Origin: Desulfocapsa sulfexigens DSM 10523
GTDB lineage: Bacteria; Desulfobacterota; Desulfobulbia; Desulfobulbales; Desulfocapsaceae
Direction of reading: 5' to 3'
Length of the DNA: 32,000 nucleotides
Assembly (NCBI RefSeq): GCF_000341395.1
Contig: NC_020304.1
Coordinates: forward strand, 2,190,001-2,222,000
The stretch's first letter is position 1; every line of letters begins with the position of its first letter. The position numbers and the translations under genes are program-made. The notes beneath the pieces are model-generated. The model was not told the DNA's origin and made no database searches. It worked only from the letters and a program-made list of their open reading frames with translations. Below, piece after piece: positions 26,130-32,000 of the stretch.

Positions 26130-29100
26130 TTAATCTACCCATTTCATTTGTAGTCCTTTGATTTCCATGATAATGAAGCCGTTGCTGTCCACGCCGTGTA
26201 CATCCCAGACGGTTCCAGTTGCATCCTCCAGGTTTAATTGTCCATTCAGTAGAAGTTCTTCGCCAGCTCGACAGTTTCTTGTGAATGATACAGAGTCAAT
26301 TGCTGCAGGTATCATTATTCGTGGATCGCCATTGTTCCGGATACTGGTGAAAAAGAAGGTTATTTGCATCAGTGCTTCCAGAAGATAGTGGGGGTACTGG
26401 AAGATGGAGGGAAGAGCCTCTGAAAAGTCATTTACATCAGGGTACAGCATTTTGCCCCGGATGGTGTCATGGTGACATGTGATGATTGAGTCAATCACTT
26501 GATAACGGTTTTTCAGCTGAGAGTAATTCTCGTACAGCTCTGCGATTTTCCCGTGTGAAAGAAGAGGGGGGGCGTTTTCAACTGTGATTTTTTCCCGTTC
26601 CGGAGAAAGTCGGGTCGTGCTGGCGAGAACCTGAGCCATGAAGTAGGTGTCCATGAATGTTTCCTGCGTGTCCGCTGATGATTTTCGGGGGCGTTTGAGC
26701 TCAACATTGCAGGTTTGCAAACTGGAATGGGTTGTTTCTCCCTGACAGAACAGATGTATCTCAGTATTCGTATCTAACGGACACTCAATCATTTGTAATA
26801 ATTTAATATTTTGCAGACCGTTCATCTGCAGATGTGGAAAAAGGATACGGCTGCTCTCCAAAAATGCTTCTACTGCCATTATGGCAGACATGATTGGATG
26901 TCTGAGTAATTTCGAAGGCTTGTGGTCTGCCAGCCACTGGTCTCTGTCTGATGAGAGTGTACGGGTGGCATGAATTGTTTTTGTGCGTAGGTCAAGACGT
27001 GCGATAGAATCAATCATCGGCAGTCTTTCCAAATCAAACCAGTGCGTATTTTGGTCAACAGGATCTGACAGGAGTATTTCTGATTGAAGGACTGCTCTAA
27101 GGGGGACGACCCAACAGTCATCAGCCAGACCACAGAGGAGTTCCCGAAGCATAATTTCTGCTGCTTCATGTACCTCAAGAAAAATATCACCGCCCAGGTT
27201 TTGAACGAGAATATCTTTTATCTCCGGTGTGTCTGCCATACCCGTGCCTTCGATTGGTGGGAGCCAGAATACCTTTGTCTGTACCGACTGGTGGCTGTCC
27301 CTGAAAGTGCGACAGTAGGTAGACATTGCCCGATTGGCTATACAGTAATTAGCCTGACCAATACTGCCGCCTGATGCAGCAATTGAAGAAAGAGCCACGA
27401 CAAAACGTAAGCCCTTGTTCTCAGCAGCCTGAAGAAGATTAATAGCTCCAAAAAGTTTAACATCAAGCACTTCTTTGAACATGGCCGGTTTAATGATTGG
27501 GATATAACTGTCTTTGATAATTCCTGCTCCGTGTATGACACCATCAATTTTTCCATGTTCTTTTACGATGGAATCCATGACTTCAGCAACCTGCACTTTG
27601 TCGCTGACGTCACAGGGAATATACTGAGTTGTTGCTCCCAGTTGTTCGAGTTCTGTAATGGTCTGGAGTACTTCTATGTTGTGCAGGACAGCCTTTCGTT
27701 TTGCTTTTAATTCCCGAGGAGACAGGTTGTCATAAGTTTGTTCAAGGTAACTGGAGATGAATTGCTGCTTTTTACCGGGTTCTGCTGGTACGTCTCCCTG
27801 GGAGAGTGAAGGTTCCAGCGATGTGCGCCCGAGGAGGATGAGTCTGCAGCCGAATGGAGCCAGTGAGCGAGCCAGATACGATGTAACTCCCCTGCCTCCG
27901 CCTGAAATAACAATGACATCATCTTTGGCGAGAGTCAGTGCCGGTTCCTCCGCACCAGAGAGAGTATGTCTGGCAGCTTTGTAGGTGTATAGTTGATGGT
28001 CTTCGATAAGCAGATCAATAAGTGGATTGGATAGATTGAGAGCAGTTCGTAGCAGTTCAGGTATATCGACCTTGCCCCGGAATGCAAGTCTCCGTAAACA
28101 AAGGCCCTTGAATTCTTTGGCCGCTGTGAAGAGAAGGCCAAGGATGGATTGGCCAAGGAGAGAGTCGGTCTCGACTGGACTGTTGTTATGGTGGAGATGA
28201 ATGCAAAATTTCCGTTTGTTTGATTTAAGAAAATGTTGAAAGAGTGCGAAGTAGCTGGTCACTAAAGAGACGATTTCAAGAGGAGACAGGTTTTGTTCAG
28301 CCTGGCTGTCACTGATCAGAACAATGCCTGTCAATGGACCTTCTGCCGAAATCTCTTCTACAACCCGCAGTGTTTCTTCAGAGTTGAAGAAATCTATATA
28401 ACCATCTTGGTGATGATCCTTTTTTATTTGTAAGGAAACTGCCTCACAACGATAACTGTCCCTGAAGGTGTTATTGAGTTGTTGAAGGTTGTTTTCAGCA
28501 TCGAGGGAAAGGAGGAGAATGCGACTGTCAGGGGCAATTTGCAGGCTCGTTTCTTTATTTACAGTGATTTTTTCTTCCTGATAAACAAGCCGATTGATGC
28601 CATACTTTGAGGATGAGACGAAGGTGGGCGTATTATGTGTTGAGGCGGAAATGGATTTGTTTATCGAAACCTTTTGGGCGGGGACTTGGAAATCGTCGCC
28701 TTCCATGAGCTCAGCAACACGATTGGCCAGATCCTGAACAGTTTGTACGGACAGGAAATCTTCCAGGGTTGTAGTTATGTTGAATGTTTTTTCAGCGGCA
28801 TCAACGATAATTGGTATACGACTGGATTTAATGGCCAGGTCATCTCTGACATTCATTTCCGCATCGATTTCATCACGCTCATAGCCAGTGGCATCCATAA
28901 TAATCTGGATGACCTGTTCAAGTACGGCATTATTCTCAGGAACGGGTCCAGCGTTGCCGGCACCAGGCGTATCTGGAACGAGTCCTGGAGTGAAATTTTC
29001 CGGCATATACTCAGCCAAAGCTGCTCGATCGAAGTGTGGGTCAATATTCTGTTGAATGGCTTTTATAATTGCGGGTTTGAGATATCTCTCAGCACCATGA

Positions 29101-31937
29101 AGGGCGTAGGAATACACTTCCTGCTGAATGATATTCAAAACAGCTTCCCTGGATATCGTGAGCTCTTTCTGCTGCAGGGAAAGCGTTGATATTGTAGCTG
29201 GTGTTATGCTCCCATTCACAAAAAGGGATGAAACAGATTGGCGTAGTGCCTGTACCTCGTTTTCCGCTGAACAGCTGCTGATACACTGCACATTTTTTGT
29301 GCATTCATGAATAAGGTTGCAGAGGGTGTCCTGTGGGCCGATTTCAAGGAAGCAGCGACAGCCGAAATCATTCACAAGGCTTAAAACGTTATTCTGCCAG
29401 TGAACGGGGGATTCCAAGTGGGAGACGATTATTTTTTTGATTTCATCTGGGTCATTCGGATAGGGCTGACAAGTTGTATTGGAGATTACTGGAATCTCGG
29501 GAGCCTGCATCCGTATGTCGCCGATGTAGTCACCCAGTTCCTCACGAATTATTCGCATTATAGGTGAATGAAAAGCCATTGAAACAGGCAACTGGACGTT
29601 CCAATGGCCATCGCTGTCAAGTATCTGTTTGAAATTTACCAGTTCTTTAGTCCCACCACCAATAACTGTCTGTCTGGGCGAGTTGAAGTTGGTGAAGAAG
29701 AGATTGGTGTTTTCGGCAATCTTTTGGTTGAGATAGTCTTCCGGTGCGTTAACGGCAAGCATGGAACCGGGATCTACATCCATCTTTGAGGCTTTTGCCA
29801 TGCACTGGGCACGTTTGTTGATAATTTTAAAACCGTCCTCATAGGTGAAACACCCGGCAACACAGAGTGCAGTCAATTCTCCCATGGAGTGACCGGCCAT
29901 GGCTGTTGGCTGTAGTCCGAACTCGTTCAACTGTTTGTAGATGGAGTATTCAAGAAGAAAAAGGGCCGGTTGCTGCCACTCCGTATTTTGAAGTTTACTG
30001 CCATCCTCGTTGAAAAGGAGGTGAAGGATGTCAAAGTCGGCAAGCTCTGCCAAGGTATCCATCCAGTGACGAATAACGGGAAAGGTTTTATACAGCTCTT
30101 TTCCCATTTGTGGATAATGCGTTCCCTGACCGGAAAAAACAAGGCTAAGGGGCAAGCTTCCTGTCTCTTCGGCTACTGTTATGCCAAGCTCTGTCAGTTC
30201 TTTTTTCTGTTTGAATGTCAGTTTTGCCAGATTCTGTTTATAGGGCTCCAGTATTTTTTCGAGGGCAGAGTTCTTATTTTTATTATCAATGGCTCCGATC
30301 CTGAATGTCTGGTTGTTGGATTCTGTTTTGAAGAAGGCAACGCCTACAGATGGTGAAGGGGCAATTGTGTCTGTCAGAATGTGCGGTGCCTGGCTGTTGT
30401 CTCTGGTGCTGTTTTCAACCTGAACTACGTAGTTTGCACCACCAAAGCCGAATGCATTTACCTCAAAACGTCTTGCTCTCTCAAGGGGTTGTGGCCATGG
30501 TTCCGCTTCCTTGCAAACATGGAACCCGGCCTCTTCCAGGCCTATGTCAGGATCTGGTGTATGGTAATTGAGCGTGGGAGGAAAGGTTCCGGCATGCATC
30601 GCGCAAATACCACGAATAAGGCTACTGACTCCAGAAGCTCCCAGTGTATGACCGATTTGAGATTTGAAGGAGGAGAGTACAACAGAGCTGTTGGGCGGGT
30701 AGATTTGTTTGAGAGCATTGACTTCTTCCCGATCTCCCATATGAGTACCTGTTGCGTGGCATTCAACCATGTCGACCTGCTCTGGGCCATAGCCAGCATC
30801 TTCAAAGGAAGTGCTGATGGCAATTTTTTGTGTTTCTGCTACAGATTCAACCATCCCAAGGTGATTGTTGCTGGCTCCTACACCGGTAATATAGGCAAGG
30901 ATTGGAGCACCCCTTTTCCGGGCAACGGATTCACGCTCCAAAACAATCATTCCGCCTCCCTCACCAAGAACCATACCACTGCGTTCGCTGTCGAAAGGAC
31001 GGGAATAGGCAGATGGGGATTCGTTGCTATAGCCTTTTCCCGCCAAAGCTCCCAGGGCGGAAAATTCAAGAAATGATCCTTGGCTGAGCAATTCTTCACC
31101 ACCGCCAATGATGGCTGCATCCAGAACCCCAGTCCGCATTAAATGAACAGCATTATAAAGTGCCGTGAGGCTTGAGGCGCAGGCAGAGGTGACAGAGAAA
31201 CTCGGACCATTAAATCCGTATTTGTTACAGATAAAGCCCGCTGCCGCGCAATTGAGACGGCCCAGGAGTGTCGTGTCATCTATTTCAAGATGACCAGTCC
31301 TGATAGTCTGTTCCAGCGAATCACTCTGGTCCGGGGAGAGATCGCACGATTGTCGGATAGTATCAGCAATTGTTTTGGCTGCCGTATATATGGTAAGGTC
31401 TGCAGTGGTGGAGCCAAATTCGCCGGCATTTTGTGAGACGAGTACTCCTATACGGTGGCGGGGGATATCAGAATCCAAAAGCGTTGAGTCGTGAATTGCT
31501 TTGTAGGCAAGCCACAGTGTAAGTTTTGTGGAGGCGGTCATGGTCCGGAAATCATGGGGTGGAATACCCAGTTCTTTTCGCGCAATGTTAAGGGATAAAA
31601 AAGCGCCTACCTTACAGTATGTTTTACCTTTGGTGCTGGAATTTTCTTTAAAAATATCCCTGTGATCCCATTTTTCAGCAGGTATTTCGCTGATGCCGCT
31701 TTTTTTTGCCAGACATGCCTGCCAGATTTCTTCTGGACTGTTACCCAGGGAATTTGCAGCGGCCATTCCAGTGATGGCAATACGCTCCCTGACGTTTTTT
31801 CTATTGCTGGACGGTAGTGATGTTTCCTGTGCGGAAGAATTCTGCAATATTGCTTTGAATTGATTTTCTGCCAATAATTGGTGGATTTTTGCAACGGGGA
31901 GGATCTCCTGCAGATCTCCGGCGATTGAGCCACTCAT
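26130..31937 (-). CDS. Iterative type I polyketide / PfaA-like synthase, domain order KS-AT-ACP-KR-DH
   Basis: KS: VTSACASS (about 31170-31193), ECHATGT, KSQIGHTLGASG. AT: FSGQGTHYPQMG, GHSMGE. ACP: ATGYERDEIDAEMNVRDDLAIKSSRIP (about 28720-28900). KR: VIVISGGGRGVTSYLARSL, SSIAASGGSIGQANYCIAN. DH/hotdog: QWLADHKPSKLLRHPIMS (about 26890-26940). The reading frame stays open upstream of the ATG to the window edge, so the N-terminus is not certain; the SD-like AAGGA supports ATG 31937. Confidence 0.93.
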   Translation of the reverse strand: MSGSIAGDLQEILPVAKIHQLLAENQFKAILQNSSAQETSLPSSNRKNVRERIAITGMAAANSLGNSPEEIWQACLAKKSGISEIPAEKWDHRDIFKENSSTKGKTYCKVGAFLSLNIARKELGIPPHDFRTMTASTKLTLWLAYKAIHDSTLLDSDIPRHRIGVLVSQNAGEFGSTTADLTIYTAAKTIADTIRQSCDLSPDQSDSLEQTIRTGHLEIDDTTLLGRLNCAAAGFICNKYGFNGPSFSVTSACASSLTALYNAVHLMRTGVLDAAIIGGGEELLSQGSFLEFSALGALAGKGYSNESPSAYSRPFDSERSGMVLGEGGGMIVLERESVARKRGAPILAYITGVGASNNHLGMVESVAETQKIAISTSFEDAGYGPEQVDMVECHATGTHMGDREEVNALKQIYPPNSSVVLSSFKSQIGHTLGASGVSSLIRGICAMHAGTFPPTLNYHTPDPDIGLEEAGFHVCKEAEPWPQPLERARRFEVNAFGFGGANYVVQVENSTRDNSQAPHILTDTIAPSPSVGVAFFKTESNNQTFRIGAIDNKNKNSALEKILEPYKQNLAKLTFKQKKELTELGITVAEETGSLPLSLVFSGQGTHYPQMGKELYKTFPVIRHWMDTLAELADFDILHLLFNEDGSKLQNTEWQQPALFLLEYSIYKQLNEFGLQPTAMAGHSMGELTALCVAGCFTYEDGFKIINKRAQCMAKASKMDVDPGSMLAVNAPEDYLNQKIAENTNLFFTNFNSPRQTVIGGGTKELVNFKQILDSDGHWNVQLPVSMAFHSPIMRIIREELGDYIGDIRMQAPEIPVISNTTCQPYPNDPDEIKKIIVSHLESPVHWQNNVLSLVNDFGCRCFLEIGPQDTLCNLIHECTKNVQCISSCSAENEVQALRQSVSSLFVNGSITPATISTLSLQQKELTISREAVLNIIQQEVYSYALHGAERYLKPAIIKAIQQNIDPHFDRAALAEYMPENFTPGLVPDTPGAGNAGPVPENNAVLEQVIQIIMDATGYERDEIDAEMNVRDDLAIKSSRIPIIVDAAEKTFNITTTLEDFLSVQTVQDLANRVAELMEGDDFQVPAQKVSINKSISASTHNTPTFVSSSKYGINRLVYQEEKITVNKETSLQIAPDSRILLLSLDAENNLQQLNNTFRDSYRCEAVSLQIKKDHHQDGYIDFFNSEETLRVVEEISAEGPLTGIVLISDSQAEQNLSPLEIVSLVTSYFALFQHFLKSNKRKFCIHLHHNNSPVETDSLLGQSILGLLFTAAKEFKGLCLRRLAFRGKVDIPELLRTALNLSNPLIDLLIEDHQLYTYKAARHTLSGAEEPALTLAKDDVIVISGGGRGVTSYLARSLAPFGCRLILLGRTSLEPSLSQGDVPAEPGKKQQFISSYLEQTYDNLSPRELKAKRKAVLHNIEVLQTITELEQLGATTQYIPCDVSDKVQVAEVMDSIVKEHGKIDGVIHGAGIIKDSYIPIIKPAMFKEVLDVKLFGAINLLQAAENKGLRFVVALSSIAASGGSIGQANYCIANRAMSTYCRTFRDSHQSVQTKVFWLPPIEGTGMADTPEIKDILVQNLGGDIFLEVHEAAEIMLRELLCGLADDCWVVPLRAVLQSEILLSDPVDQNTHWFDLERLPMIDSIARLDLRTKTIHATRTLSSDRDQWLADHKPSKLLRHPIMSAIMAVEAFLESSRILFPHLQMNGLQNIKLLQMIECPLDTNTEIHLFCQGETTHSSLQTCNVELKRPRKSSADTQETFMDTYFMAQVLASTTRLSPEREKITVENAPPLLSHGKIAELYENYSQLKNRYQVIDSIITCHHDTIRGKMLYPDVNDFSEALPSIFQYPHYLLEALMQITFFFTSIRNNGDPRIMIPAAIDSVSFTRNCRAGEELLLNGQLNLEDATGTVWDVHGVDSNGFIIMEIKGLQMKWVD

Positions 31938-32000
31938 ATACTGTCCTTCCTGGTAGCAAACATCTGGGGAAAGAGGGTGGCCGCTTTTTGGGTGCTGGTT

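Noticed and set aside
26158-31933. Many plus- and minus-strand small ORFs inside the PKS gene (e.g. 28674-29189, 29970-30356, 30381-31076)
   Set aside because: All overlap a coherent 1935-aa multidomain ORF with intact motifs. The shadow ORFs show no recognisable domains.
1-32000. CRISPR arrays, transposases, phage genes, toxin-antitoxin or classical defense modules
   Set aside because: No regularly spaced repeats, IS-type ORFs or terminal repeats, phage structural motifs or known defense domains were seen in the sequence or ORF track.

Overview
This 32 kb bacterial window has no clear rRNA, tRNA, CRISPR or IS element. The gene style suggests Desulfobacterota-like, which is an inference only. 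Left part (about 0.3-7.9 kb, + strand): a signalling/transport block with a sigma54-type activator, a NifX/NifB-like small protein, a Cache-domain histidine kinase, a stand-alone receiver, a degenerate kinase-like protein, two tandem DUF1538-type membrane proteins, a P-II-like protein, a double-CBS protein and a zinc-ribbon membrane protein. Middle (about 7.9-19.4 kb): a surface-glycan/lipid region with an LPG-synthase-TM-like flippase, a PaaK/CapK-like adenylate-forming enzyme, a B12-binding radical SAM protein, an SGNH-like protein, an FAD oxidoreductase, a DPM-like GT2, an acyltransferase-3, a twice-frameshifted UbiA-type decaprenyl-phosphate phosphoribosyltransferase-like gene and a GT-C-like polytopic protein. 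Right part (about 19.5-32 kb, - strand): an arylsulfotransferase-like / two small membrane protein / sulfotransferase operon, preceded by a tightly packed set of iterative type I PKS (KS-AT-ACP-KR-DH), GNAT-like protein, HpnI/ceramide-glucosyltransferase-like GT2 and SDR epimerase. That set is the best candidate for an undescribed complex-lipid or glycolipid pathway. Product names come from motif recognition in the supplied translations; no database search was run.
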